Of a stretch of 64,000 nucleotides of DNA, positions 10,214-19,925 are shown one piece after another; positions within the stretch are counted from its first letter, which is position 1, and every line of letters starts with the position of its first letter. A program made the translations under genes and the position numbers. Location of the stretch: NCBI GenBank assembly GCA_000165345.1, contig CM000435.1:1184001-1248000 (forward strand), read 5' to 3'. The notes under the pieces are model-generated. The model was given only the letters and a program-made list of their open reading frames with translations. It did not search any database and was not told the origin of the DNA.

Positions 10214-12103
10214 ATGTCGACAAGAATTCAAATTTTCCTGTTAACTGTGCTTTTTATTGGATTATTTAACGATTCAGTGTCACAATTTACACAAAACTTG
10301 AAAATAATTGAATCAAAGTCTGTATGTGTAGATTCAGATATTTATGATTCAGAAACAGATATGTGCCTGGCGAAAGTTAATGCAATAAGTAAAAGTTGTC
10401 CTAAAAATTGTCAAAAGTTTGGTCATCTCTGCAAATGCATTGATGAAATTCCAATTCAGTCAATTTGCCCAAGCGAATATGTTCTTTCTCCAAATATGAA
10501 AAAATGTATCAAAGTGGAAAAGCTTGCACCTTCAATAGAATGTGGGAGAGGATTAAAGTGGTCAGAAAGTAAAAATATATGCGTTGGAGTAAAGTTATCA
10601 GCTCCAGAGCTGACATGTAGTAAAGAGAATTCCATGTTAATTAATGGAGTTTGTTTGACGTATAGTAAAAAGAGTATTCAAAATGTTTGTGAAGATGGGT
10701 TTATTATTAGGGAAAAAAATATATCAGAAAAGTCACAAACTGTCAAGTTAAATACAAGAGGAATTAAGACTGGACATCAGAATAATAATGATGAATCGAG
10801 AATTAGTACAAGTTATTGTGTAAAAGAACTTAGCTCACCTTATAATTTAGAATGCCCCAATGGTTTTATTCTAGACAGAGAAAGATCTTCATGTATTTCT
10901 CAGGTTTTCAGTGATCCAGAACCTAAATGCTTACCTGGCTTTGAGTTTGATAATAAATCTGAAACTTGCGTAAATAGGTCATTAGAAGAGTCTTCCAGCA
11001 GAGTATGTCCAAAAGATTATGTGCTTGAAGGTTTTCAGTGCGTCCAATCATCTTTTGTCAGTCCTGAGCCACGATGTAGAGAGGGATTCGTTTTTAGTGT
11101 TGAAGATGCTGCATGCATTAAAGTATTACGAGAGCCTCCATCATATAGATGCCCTTCTGATTTATATATTTTTGATGGAAAACAATGCGAACTAAGAAAA
11201 ACAGAGAAACCAACAATAATGTGTGGAAATGGGACCATTTTAGACGAAAAGATACAAAAGTGTGTTAAAATCAATGTAATGCCAGCAACAATGGTTTGTT
11301 CAGGAGGAAGACAGTATGACGAAGATAAAAGAAAATGTTATGTAATTCAAGTTCAAGAATCTAACAAAACTTGCTCAAGTGAAGAAAAATATGATCCAAA
11401 AAGGGATATGTGTATTAAATTTGAAGAAAAGAAACCCGTCAAAGGTTGCCCTTATGGTTTTAATCTTAATGAATTAGAACAAATTTGTGTTCAAGAAAAC
11501 TTCGAAGAACCCAAGCTCTCTTGTAAGGCTCCTTTCTCCTTAGTTGGAGGGGACTGCCTTTATAATGCTGAAGTTCAACCCGAATATGTTTGCCCTGAGA
11601 ATTTTGAGTATAATGCACAAAATTCGCAATGTTTAATGCAAAGTACTATACAGCCTGAAAATGGGTGCCCCGAAGATTATAATGAGTACATTGATAAATG
11701 TATTAAACAAATAGAAAAGAATCCAGTAAGTGTATGCCCTACGAATTCAAAGTTAAACACAATCACAAATGAATGCTTTATTCCTAAAAAACCATTGAAG
11801 GAGTGCCCTACAGGGTTTAAACCAACTAATGATTCTGCCACTCAATGCATTCAAATATTAAATCAAAATAGACCTCAAGCTATCCAAACTACCCACAGCA
11901 ATAATAACAGACATCACAACGGTCATCATCAAGCTTTCATTGGAGATTACTACAATAATCATCCCAATATAAGAAATTTCGGAGATGTAAGTAATACCCA
12001 GGTGCAAACAGTTCAACTATCAAATCCTAATAGAAGAATAGGAGATCCCAGCTTAAATGTATATCCTCAAAACATTAAAACCGCACCTAGACCAAGAAGG
12101 TGA
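10214..12103 (+). CDS. Secreted cysteine-rich protein with oocyst-wall-protein (COWP)-like repeats and a His-rich C-terminal tail
   Basis: Signal peptide MSTRIQIFLLTVLFIGLF. At least 11 reiterations of C-x(n)-C-P-x-(G/D)-(F/Y)-x(4-8)-C modules (ECPNGFILDRERSSC, VCPKDYVLEGFQC, GCPYGFNLNELEQIC, ECPTGFKPTNDSATQC…). Tail NNRHHNGHHQ. Confidence 0.6.
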   Translation: MSTRIQIFLLTVLFIGLFNDSVSQFTQNLKIIESKSVCVDSDIYDSETDMCLAKVNAISKSCPKNCQKFGHLCKCIDEIPIQSICPSEYVLSPNMKKCIKVEKLAPSIECGRGLKWSESKNICVGVKLSAPELTCSKENSMLINGVCLTYSKKSIQNVCEDGFIIREKNISEKSQTVKLNTRGIKTGHQNNNDESRISTSYCVKELSSPYNLECPNGFILDRERSSCISQVFSDPEPKCLPGFEFDNKSETCVNRSLEESSSRVCPKDYVLEGFQCVQSSFVSPEPRCREGFVFSVEDAACIKVLREPPSYRCPSDLYIFDGKQCELRKTEKPTIMCGNGTILDEKIQKCVKINVMPATMVCSGGRQYDEDKRKCYVIQVQESNKTCSSEEKYDPKRDMCIKFEEKKPVKGCPYGFNLNELEQICVQENFEEPKLSCKAPFSLVGGDCLYNAEVQPEYVCPENFEYNAQNSQCLMQSTIQPENGCPEDYNEYIDKCIKQIEKNPVSVCPTNSKLNTITNECFIPKKPLKECPTGFKPTNDSATQCIQILNQNRPQAIQTTHSNNNRHHNGHHQAFIGDYYNNHPNIRNFGDVSNTQVQTVQLSNPNRRIGDPSLNVYPQNIKTAPRPRR

Positions 12104-12271
12104 TAATTAATATATAAAAGTTAAATTGGCGCCAACAATTCATACACGTTAATTTCAATAATTATAATATTTAAGTCGAATTAACAATAAGGCCCATTAG
12201 TTTTGCTCAGAGATTAAAGAATATACCAGGATCTAAAGATTTTATTAATATAATTCTATGAGAGGTGAATA

Positions 12272-12637
12272 ATGCTTAAAAAGTTAGTATCTGGAAGTGA
12301 AGAACAGCCTGCAAATAAGACTCTATATTGCAAGAACTTGAACGATAAAATCAACAAAAAAGATTTAAAGATTCTATTATTTGAACTCTTTATTCAATTT
12401 GGTTTGATTGATAAGATTACAATAAGGGGAGGAAGCCCATATAGAGGCCAAGCATTCATTTTGTTTCAAGATTTAAATTGTGCAATCAATGCAAAAAATA
12501 GCATTAATGGCATGAATGTATTAGGTAAACCTATACATATAGAATATGCAAAAGAAAACTCAATTTTGAATCCTGGACTAGCGGAGAAAAAGAGCTCGGG
12601 ATACATATTGGGACCAAAAATGCCGGACAATAAATAA
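12272..12637 (+). CDS. U1A/U2B''-type snRNP protein (single N-terminal RRM)
   Basis: TLYCKNLNDKINKKDLKILLFELFIQFG…RGQAFILFQD…PIHIEYAKENS aligns with U1A [28 protein letters not shown]…RGQAFVIFKE…MRIQYAKTDS. Confidence 0.7.
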   Translation: MLKKLVSGSEEQPANKTLYCKNLNDKINKKDLKILLFELFIQFGLIDKITIRGGSPYRGQAFILFQDLNCAINAKNSINGMNVLGKPIHIEYAKENSILNPGLAEKKSSGYILGPKMPDNK

Positions 12638-12732
12638 AACAGAATTAAGAATTAGAAATATTACGATAGAAGTACATAAAAACAAATAATTCTATTAAAA
12701 CGTAACTCTTCTCACACAGAATATTTTGGTAC

Positions 12733-13263
12733 TTATTGAACATTCTCTATCAAGTTCTCAGCGTTTTCTGTATCAATCTTTGCAATCTTTTGAGGTAATC
12801 CTTTTACTGAATCCAATTTGTCAGTAGAGCCAAAACCTCCCTCACCTCTAGTAGTTTTGTCCAATTCATCGACAATACTGAAGGTAATTTTTTCTCCATT
12901 AAAAGAAACGAGTTGGAAATATCTCTCGCCCTTTTTGACTTGGAAGTCAAAATCTTTAATATTATCAACTGGTGCCAAAAGTTCGCCTCTATACCCAGCA
13001 TCAATCAATCCAACAGAGTTGCATAGTCTAATTGGCGACTTTGAAATTGATGACCTTGCAAATAAAAGGTAACTAACTGGCTTGCCATCATCACTGTGAG
13101 CTGCAGCTTTAAATCCAAGCTTGATGTATGCAGTTTCTCCTGCTTTAATCACTTGGTCTTCAATTATGAAAAGGTCAAGTCCTGAATCACCATCGTGAAA
13201 AGTTTTATGGTTTTTGTAGAGCTCTTCAGCTATGGGGCATAAAGGTAACAAAGATAGATGCAT
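12733..13263 (-). CDS. DUT: dUTP pyrophosphatase (trimeric dUTPase)
   Basis: Canonical dUTPase motifs: DSGLDL, GLIDAGYRGE, and C-terminal RGEGGFGSTD. Confidence 0.85.
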   Translation of the reverse strand: MHLSLLPLCPIAEELYKNHKTFHDGDSGLDLFIIEDQVIKAGETAYIKLGFKAAAHSDDGKPVSYLLFARSSISKSPIRLCNSVGLIDAGYRGELLAPVDNIKDFDFQVKKGERYFQLVSFNGEKITFSIVDELDKTTRGEGGFGSTDKLDSVKGLPQKIAKIDTENAENLIENVQ

Positions 13264-13652
13264 AGTTAAATAAAATACAAAATAATGTTCTCTCCTTTAA
13301 CCAGTAATTACTTAAAATAGTAAATCTTTAAATTTAATTAGTATTCTATAATTTTTTTTTCCTAACGGAAGATACCTACCTTATTTATTTGTATTATTGT
13401 ACTTTACCACTATTTAATCAGTTAGAAAAAATGACGTTTAGGCGGGAAATATGTGGGATGTATACCGGCATAGAAAAAATATGAAGGTGAGGAGAAAAGT
13501 AGAAATATAAATCGTTAAGATTCAAAACAAGATCCTATAGTATGAAAACAAAAGCATAGCTCCTGTATTTGTGAGTATTGGTCAAGTTAGATTTTAAGAC
13601 CAATGATAATAGTGTTATTAGCTAAATCATCCCAACGGTTATAAGCGGAGCA

Positions 13653-15005
13653 TTACATGTCGTTCTTGATGTTTCGAATGAGAACCTTGGTAAGGCTTTC
13701 CTTTGAGTTGAAGTTTATTTCATTGCATTGAGATTCAACATATTTGGAAACAAGAATAACTGGGAGAGGATTTGGTGGGTCAACCTTCTTAATTGATTCC
13801 GTATCAATAGGTAATGGAGTCTCACCCTTGAGTTTTCTTTGTTCATTTTCAATTCTTCTCCTTTCTGCCATCTGTTTGATAAGGTATTGCTGTTTGTTAT
13901 AGTCCCTATATCCTTTGTAAAGTTTCTCTTGTTCTAATGACAAAACATCGATAGATTCTGCGAGATTTAATAGCGCCTTGTCATTGATATCAAGGGGTGT
14001 TTTTGTGTTGATAGATAATTCAGAATAGTCAATAGTGGATTGGAGTACATCTGAAGTTATCCAATCAAGTAGGAAAGCTTCAGAAAGAACTGGGTATTTA
14101 ATATAAATTGGGACTTCAACAAGAATATCCTCAAAGCTGGCATTCTTAAAAATGTGAAAGTTATCTTCGTCATCTTTGAGTTTGCTTGCATATTCAGAGT
14201 TCAAGGTAAAAGCTTTAAAAGCATTTTTCTTACCCTGAATAAGTAAGTCAGGATCAATGCTTAAAAGGATAGCATTTTTACTCTCAATGTTATTATAGTA
14301 AGATAATAATGTAGAAACAACTCCATAATCTTGGAAATCATCAAGACGTATAAGCTGGTACCATCCAAGCACAAAACAATCGGAACGTATTTCATGCATA
14401 AGCTCAACCATTGCAGCCTGATATTTGTCAACTTCTTCAACAAGACGCTCCTCTAAATCCAGTTTTTCTGATTTATCCAACTTTCCTCCACTATAGTTAG
14501 ACATGAGAGACGGAAGCAAATCTTCTCTTGTTGGAAGCTGGAAGGATGTTGTAATTTCTAGCTTATTGCCGTATTCCATACCTAGCAATTGACCTGTAGC
14601 ATTCATTTGTGAGTAGTTCTCTGTACAATGCTTAATAATTCTTAAAATGGCAGAAATATCAGCCTCTACTGAAGAAACTGTAGTTTTTGTTGATAAATGT
14701 TTATAGTGAGATGATCCTCCTGAATTTCCTATTGTATTTCCACTTGAAAAACTATAGTGCTGATGATGTCCAGTACCTGATGACAAAGAACCCTGTGAAA
14801 TCTGCTGTCCTCCTGACTGAGATTGAAAGTATCCAGATCCTTTTCCTCCTGAAATACCTGAAGAACCAGAAAGTTGCTGGACCTCCTCTTTTGAATCTTT
14901 ATCTTCAGTCTGTCTGCTAATTCCCCAACCTACATGTTTCGTTGTTTGAGTGGCTCCTTCCATTGGATTAGAACTCAACCCTATTAGGCCGTCTTTCCCG
15001 ATCAT
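13653..15005 (-). CDS. MPN-domain protein, eIF3h/eIF3f-like, with a Gly/Ser-rich N-terminal extension
   Basis: ILRIIKHCTE…ATGQLLGMEYGNKLEITTSFQLP…CFVLGWYQ is an MPN fold without a JAMM His-x-His motif. The N-terminal ~120 aa are G/S/Q-rich. Confidence 0.4.
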   Translation of the reverse strand: MIGKDGLIGLSSNPMEGATQTTKHVGWGISRQTEDKDSKEEVQQLSGSSGISGGKGSGYFQSQSGGQQISQGSLSSGTGHHQHYSFSSGNTIGNSGGSSHYKHLSTKTTVSSVEADISAILRIIKHCTENYSQMNATGQLLGMEYGNKLEITTSFQLPTREDLLPSLMSNYSGGKLDKSEKLDLEERLVEEVDKYQAAMVELMHEIRSDCFVLGWYQLIRLDDFQDYGVVSTLLSYYNNIESKNAILLSIDPDLLIQGKKNAFKAFTLNSEYASKLKDDEDNFHIFKNASFEDILVEVPIYIKYPVLSEAFLLDWITSDVLQSTIDYSELSINTKTPLDINDKALLNLAESIDVLSLEQEKLYKGYRDYNKQQYLIKQMAERRRIENEQRKLKGETPLPIDTESIKKVDPPNPLPVILVSKYVESQCNEINFNSKESLTKVLIRNIKNDM

Positions 15006-15161
15006 CTTGGCAAATTCTTGCTTCTGGAGCCGTAGTTCTAATTATTTATATCCTTTATTTTATACAAATATCAAGGTTTTAAAAGTTAAAACCTTTTTGT
15101 CAATTTAATATTTCTTTCCACTTTTTTCAGTCATATAGTCAATTAAAGCAATATTAGCCTT

Positions 15162-15179
15162 TTGGCGCCATGGCGCCAC
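15162..15179. promoter_or_regulatory. Paired E2F-type box, perfect 14-bp palindrome GGCGCCATGGCGCC, upstream of the MPN/eIF3-like gene
   Basis: TTGGCGCCATGGCGCCAC lies 160 bp upstream of the ATG at 15005. A TATACCGGC element follows at 15201-15209. Confidence 0.6.
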
Positions 15180-15337
15180 ATTTCGAGACGAGTATTTTTA
15201 TATACCGGCTAATTTACATGATCATTTGGAATTAGGGGGAAATGGCGAGTAAAGAAAATTGTAAAAAAAGCTATAATTAAGTAAAACTAAATAGAAAGCT
15301 TGAAACTGTCATATTAATGACTTAAAGGTATATAAGA

Positions 15338-16579
15338 CTAGGTATTAAATAGAATTGACTGTAGGCATGCGGGAAGATCAACTTCAATATTGCCGTACAA
15401 ATATTCGTTAAAAAAGCATCCGTTGGAGATCTGTTTATTTAGACTTAGGTTTTTATAAAGCTGATTTTTTGTAGAGATCCTCTTCAGTGTGAGATGAGAT
15501 GAATCTATCTGATTGAGAAAGTAGAGTGAAATTTGATTTAGCGTGACAAAGTCTTTATTGCATGATTGTTTTGTCATTTGAATTAGGTTAAAAATTTCGG
15601 ACTTAAGAGCCCACCAACTTTTATATCCTTTTTCTGAATTTGAGTTTACTTGTTCTAAGTAACAATTTGGGTGATATTGTTGGATAATATGGTTTGAAAT
15701 CGAGAAACATAGAGAAAAGTTGTCGATTATGTTAATTTCAATGACCCCATTTAATAATTTGTTTTTGCTTATAATGTTAAAAGTTTCGAGAACTTTACTA
15801 AAAATTGAGCTCAGGATTGCTTCCCTAATATAACAAGAAGAACAAGATTGTTTTCTTTTTTGAACGTTTTCATTTGGCTCTGAAACATCGCCTTCCTGAG
15901 TACAATTTGCAAGGGATATAATAAGATCTGACAGTACGGGACGTGATAGCCAAGTCAGAACATTATCATCCTTCCAATTACAGTTTATTAAAGTATTTAC
16001 AATTTCTCTGCAAATTTGGAACATTACTATACGAATATTGGAGAAATGTGAGTACTTTGTGATCATATCAAACATTGATAATATAAAGGACGGGAATAGA
16101 CTTTTCTTCTCATGCCATGATGCTTCATTGATGCTATTTTCGTAGATAAACTCTTTTGTTGCAAAATAATTTTGAGATTTTTGAGTACTCTCAATATTTT
16201 TATTGATAAATATTGAAATATTTTCTGGTCTACACATTTCAGTTATAGACTTAAATGTTCTTGTTAAAACCTCAAAATCATCCAAATCAATACAACCTGT
16301 TGAAATAGCCTCCCTTATCTCAAGTATATCTGGAATCTGATTAATTAGAGAATTAAAGTTATTTTCTTTATTATAATCAAAATCTATTAAAGAAAGTGAA
16401 CTCCTGGAATTAATGGCCCCTAGAATTCCAGACTTTATTTTCTCTTTGGTAACTTTCTTTTGGTCTTCATTCAAAAATTCATTTGAATCTTGTACTACTG
16501 AAGTCAGTATTGTAATAAAGTCCACTATAGAATCCTCATTTTCCTCAAATAAACTCAAATTATGACCAGTTACATCCAT
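15338..16579 (-). CDS. Hypothetical protein
   Basis: 413-codon ORF with an ATG start. E2F-like GGCGGG box and a TGCATG cluster about 110-150 bp upstream. No recognisable domain. Confidence 0.5.
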   Translation of the reverse strand: MDVTGHNLSLFEENEDSIVDFITILTSVVQDSNEFLNEDQKKVTKEKIKSGILGAINSRSSLSLIDFDYNKENNFNSLINQIPDILEIREAISTGCIDLDDFEVLTRTFKSITEMCRPENISIFINKNIESTQKSQNYFATKEFIYENSINEASWHEKKSLFPSFILSMFDMITKYSHFSNIRIVMFQICREIVNTLINCNWKDDNVLTWLSRPVLSDLIISLANCTQEGDVSEPNENVQKRKQSCSSCYIREAILSSIFSKVLETFNIISKNKLLNGVIEINIIDNFSLCFSISNHIIQQYHPNCYLEQVNSNSEKGYKSWWALKSEIFNLIQMTKQSCNKDFVTLNQISLYFLNQIDSSHLTLKRISTKNQLYKNLSLNKQISNGCFFNEYLYGNIEVDLPACLQSILFNT

Positions 16580-16690
16580 TTAGCTAAAGATATAACTTTC
16601 CAAGTAATTAATATAGATCAATAAAAATTTAGTTCTTTCAGTTTCATTTATATACATAAATTAATTAATATAAAAAAATCTGCCATATTT

Positions 16691-16730
16691 GGCGGGAATA
16701 TTGTGCATGTATACATGCATACATGCAAGC
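16691..16730. promoter_or_regulatory. GGCGGGAA box immediately followed by a TGCATG cluster (GTGCATGTATACATGCATACATGCAAGC)
   Basis: 110-150 bp upstream of the 15338..16579 gene start. Confidence 0.45.
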
Positions 16731-16736
16731 TTGTGG

Positions 16737-17609
16737 TTATGTGGGATGGATTGCTTTTTTTAGACTCTTAATAATAATTTGATGAATTGTTCTAGAAGTT
16801 TTTTGTGGAATTTCTGGATCATGTGAAACAATATGTACTGGCCAGTTCGTTGCATTATTTACAGTATTGGAAATGATTTCATCTTGAAGTTTTTGCAAAA
16901 AATCTATTTTTTCAGGGTTTACTCGGGTTTTTTTCAAATCTGCCTTAAGTAAAATTGGTATAAAGAGTAAGCTAATCGAATCTTCATTTTTTCTTGGAAG
17001 AAAGTAAAGTGGAAAAGAATGATTTACGGAATCATCTTCCATTTCGTTAATTAGAATTGGGGCAGGAAAAAGACCACCAGAGTGAAGCTCAAAAATATAT
17101 GGCAAAAATAGATTGTGGCCGGACAAAATGATAGATTTTCCTTGTTTTATTGCCTTTTCAATATCAACTTGAATACCTTTAGTAATTTCTCTTGAATCAA
17201 TCAAGTAGTTTGAAAAGCTAAAATTATCATTTTCTTTAGTATTATTTGTCTTTCCATGGTAAATTCTCAATGTTTCCTTAACAGTATTTGTGGATACAAC
17301 ATTTGGAATATTCAAATAATGCGACAAATCAATAATCACAGAGGATTTGTTTGAGCCTTGTATTCCAAATATAAGAGGAACAATTGCAAGCTTTGATGTA
17401 AACATTTCTTTCATAACTTTAATTTCTTTGCTAATATCTCTGTTGATTATTAATAGTGTATTCTTCGCAAGCATATCCAAAAATTCATCTTTATATTCAT
17501 CAACGTTAATTTCTGAAAGAGTATCTAGGATTTTATCTATTTGATCATTATCATAGACCTGACATGTAAGAAGTAACCTTCTGATATTGAAAGTATTTAG
17601 AGTCAACAT
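16737..17609 (-). CDS. Hypothetical protein, possibly a degenerate P-loop kinase-like fold
   Basis: PLIFGIQGSNKSSVIID…VVSTNTV loosely resembles the Walker-A/VISTD region of 2-phosphoglycerate-kinase-like proteins. Weak. Confidence 0.3.
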   Translation of the reverse strand: MLTLNTFNIRRLLLTCQVYDNDQIDKILDTLSEINVDEYKDEFLDMLAKNTLLIINRDISKEIKVMKEMFTSKLAIVPLIFGIQGSNKSSVIIDLSHYLNIPNVVSTNTVKETLRIYHGKTNNTKENDNFSFSNYLIDSREITKGIQVDIEKAIKQGKSIILSGHNLFLPYIFELHSGGLFPAPILINEMEDDSVNHSFPLYFLPRKNEDSISLLFIPILLKADLKKTRVNPEKIDFLQKLQDEIISNTVNNATNWPVHIVSHDPEIPQKTSRTIHQIIIKSLKKAIHPT

Positions 17610-18027
17610 ATTATTTACTTTAATCCCAAATTTACTTATTCAAAATATTTTAAGTTTATATTACGTTTTAAATTTGTCTTAAATATTACATAGAACACAA
17701 TTTATCTTCAATTAAACATTGTTTGGAGGCCTTAGAAATGCTTTATGTTTGTGTGTGTATGAGTAAGTTACCTATTTATATTTCAAAAAAAAATTTCAAC
17801 CTATTGTTTAATATTTCAATTAAAGCCTAATTACCAGAAAAACTATTCTGATCTTAATCTATTCCAACATTCTGAATAACTAATGCAACATTATTCCAGA
17901 ATATATCTGATTTGCAAGCTAATCTCTCACTCTTTATTGTTATTTTATGCCCTATTTATTTAATTTAATTTTTTTTTATTTTAGTTTATTCTTGCTTGAA
18001 TTTCAAGATATTATTACTCCATAGTCC

Positions 18028-18060
18028 TATACCGGTACCGCTTCAGTCGATTTTGGCGCC
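18028..18060. promoter_or_regulatory. TATACCGGTACCG element plus a GGCGCC box in a divergent promoter
   Basis: TATACCGGTACCGCTTCAGTCGATTTTGGCGCC lies between the 17609 (-) and 18176 (+, bromodomain) starts. Confidence 0.5.
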
Positions 18061-18175
18061 AACAGGTTTTCTAACTAATATTTTTAAGAATTTCAAAAGA
18101 AAAAAATAAAAAGAAAAGAAAAAAATTCAAGCAAAGAAAGACAAAGGAGAGAGTTACTCTTGTTCTTAACTTTGT

Positions 18176-19717
18176 ATGGAGCTTATAAACTCGAGAGGAG
18201 GCCTTGATGAGAAGGTGAATGGTGAGGGAAATTCTAGAGGAGAGTTATATTTAACGTTAGATGAATTGCGTTGGGTACAGTTACATGTAAGACCTGAATT
18301 TGGATTCATTCTATCTCCAACTGCTCCCAAAACGCAGAAACAAAAAAAGAGTAAAACTAAATCAGAAAATGACAGTGAGGATAAAGGCGTGAATAAATCT
18401 GCACTTTCTACTTCAAATAAAAGACAAAAAACTGGCTCATTATCTGGAAAAGGTACTTCTGGCTCATTTCTTGGTATTCCTGAAGATAGAGGTAACTGTG
18501 CAAGTAGTGAAGTCAGTTTTGAGGGAAAAACCACAAGGCAAAATAGTGGTAATAGAGCAACTATAAATCACGATGCTTCATCAAAAGATTATGCAGGTGT
18601 TAATAATATAGGTACAGGTTCTGCTACTACTTCCGTTAATTTGAAAAATATTAAGATGATTGATTTTAAAGCCTTTTCTCTGACACTTTTAGAAAAGTTG
18701 AGTAAGATTCCTGGATCTAGATGGTTTTTACAGCCTGTTGATCCAGAACTTGATGGAGTCCCTGATTACTTTGCTGTTATTGAAAACCCTATGGATTTCC
18801 AAACCATTCATGAAAAGCTAGTTCAAAACATGTACAAGAATCCTTTTGGTTGGCAACTTGATATGAGATTGGTCTTCTATAATGCTTTAAAGTATCACAA
18901 GGAGGGTAATACTGTTAGAGAAGATGCTCTTACTTTAGCAATCGAGTTTGAAAATAAATGCAAAGAAATTAAGGAAGTTAACCCATATTATTATACTATT
19001 CTGCAAGATAAGCAAGAGCTTTTGCCTTTATCAGAGTTTGATCCTAATGATGCTTTGTTGGAAAAACTTAATACTTTGGATCCAGAAATCCTAGTTAGAA
19101 TTTATTCCTTATTAGTTGACTCCAAAGAAGAGATACAGGATTCTGTAGATGACCCTAATCCCACATCAGAAATGATTCTTGATCAACTTAGATTCAAGCC
19201 TAAAATAATTCGTGATCAAATTATATTACTTGTTGATTCAATTATTCAAATTGAAGATAAATATCAAAAAGTTTCTCAATATACAAAAGTTGATGATACT
19301 ATTAATACAACTAATTTCCTTAACAATGATGTTGCAATGACTCCAAGCAGTGAAGGAAGCAGCCCCGAGGATGTTAGCTTTTCCAAAGATCCAGATATTG
19401 ACGACGAGTTTGAAGGAAGTGAGGATTTTGTAAGGATGCAAGCTGAAAATTCCAGTCCACAACATGATATTCCAATCAATTCGGGTTCTAATAGCAACGA
19501 CGATGAGCATGATGATATTTATAGTAACTCAATTCATGAAAAGGAGATCATGAACTCCTCTTTTACCTCTAACACCTTTCCAATACCTCCTCAAGAATCA
19601 GCTTGGGGTGAGTGGAAGGCAAAGGTTATTCACAACAGTACTTTAACCCAAAGAGAGAATGCTCCAAAGAAATCAAAGAGAGAAAGAGAGGCAGAACAAG
19701 CCGATGCTGAGATTTGA
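18176..19717 (+). CDS. Bromodomain-containing protein
   Basis: FLQPVDPELDGVPDYFAVIENPMDFQTIHEKL…YNALKYHKEGNTV matches the bromodomain ZA loop, B/C helices and the Asn pocket. Acidic Ser-rich tail. Confidence 0.75.
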   Translation: MELINSRGGLDEKVNGEGNSRGELYLTLDELRWVQLHVRPEFGFILSPTAPKTQKQKKSKTKSENDSEDKGVNKSALSTSNKRQKTGSLSGKGTSGSFLGIPEDRGNCASSEVSFEGKTTRQNSGNRATINHDASSKDYAGVNNIGTGSATTSVNLKNIKMIDFKAFSLTLLEKLSKIPGSRWFLQPVDPELDGVPDYFAVIENPMDFQTIHEKLVQNMYKNPFGWQLDMRLVFYNALKYHKEGNTVREDALTLAIEFENKCKEIKEVNPYYYTILQDKQELLPLSEFDPNDALLEKLNTLDPEILVRIYSLLVDSKEEIQDSVDDPNPTSEMILDQLRFKPKIIRDQIILLVDSIIQIEDKYQKVSQYTKVDDTINTTNFLNNDVAMTPSSEGSSPEDVSFSKDPDIDDEFEGSEDFVRMQAENSSPQHDIPINSGSNSNDDEHDDIYSNSIHEKEIMNSSFTSNTFPIPPQESAWGEWKAKVIHNSTLTQRENAPKKSKREREAEQADAEI

Positions 19718-19925
19718 AAACTTCCTAATTAAATTGACCGTAACTAGATCTTATAATGCTATTAAAGTAAATTCCTTGTGGATTAATGTGTTTCATTTGT
19801 ATAAGTAGTTAAGCCTCTTCTATTTCTAACTTAACCATTATATTAAATAATTAAATTGTGAATATTATACTTAATAATTACACTATCTTCTAATTTTCAC
19901 AAATATTGGTAATTAAACCAGAATA

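Noticed and set aside
16737-17609. Confident call as 2-phosphoglycerate kinase or other P-loop kinase
   Set aside because: The Walker-A-like segment GIQGSNKSS is degenerate (no GKS/T). Kept only as a low-confidence note.
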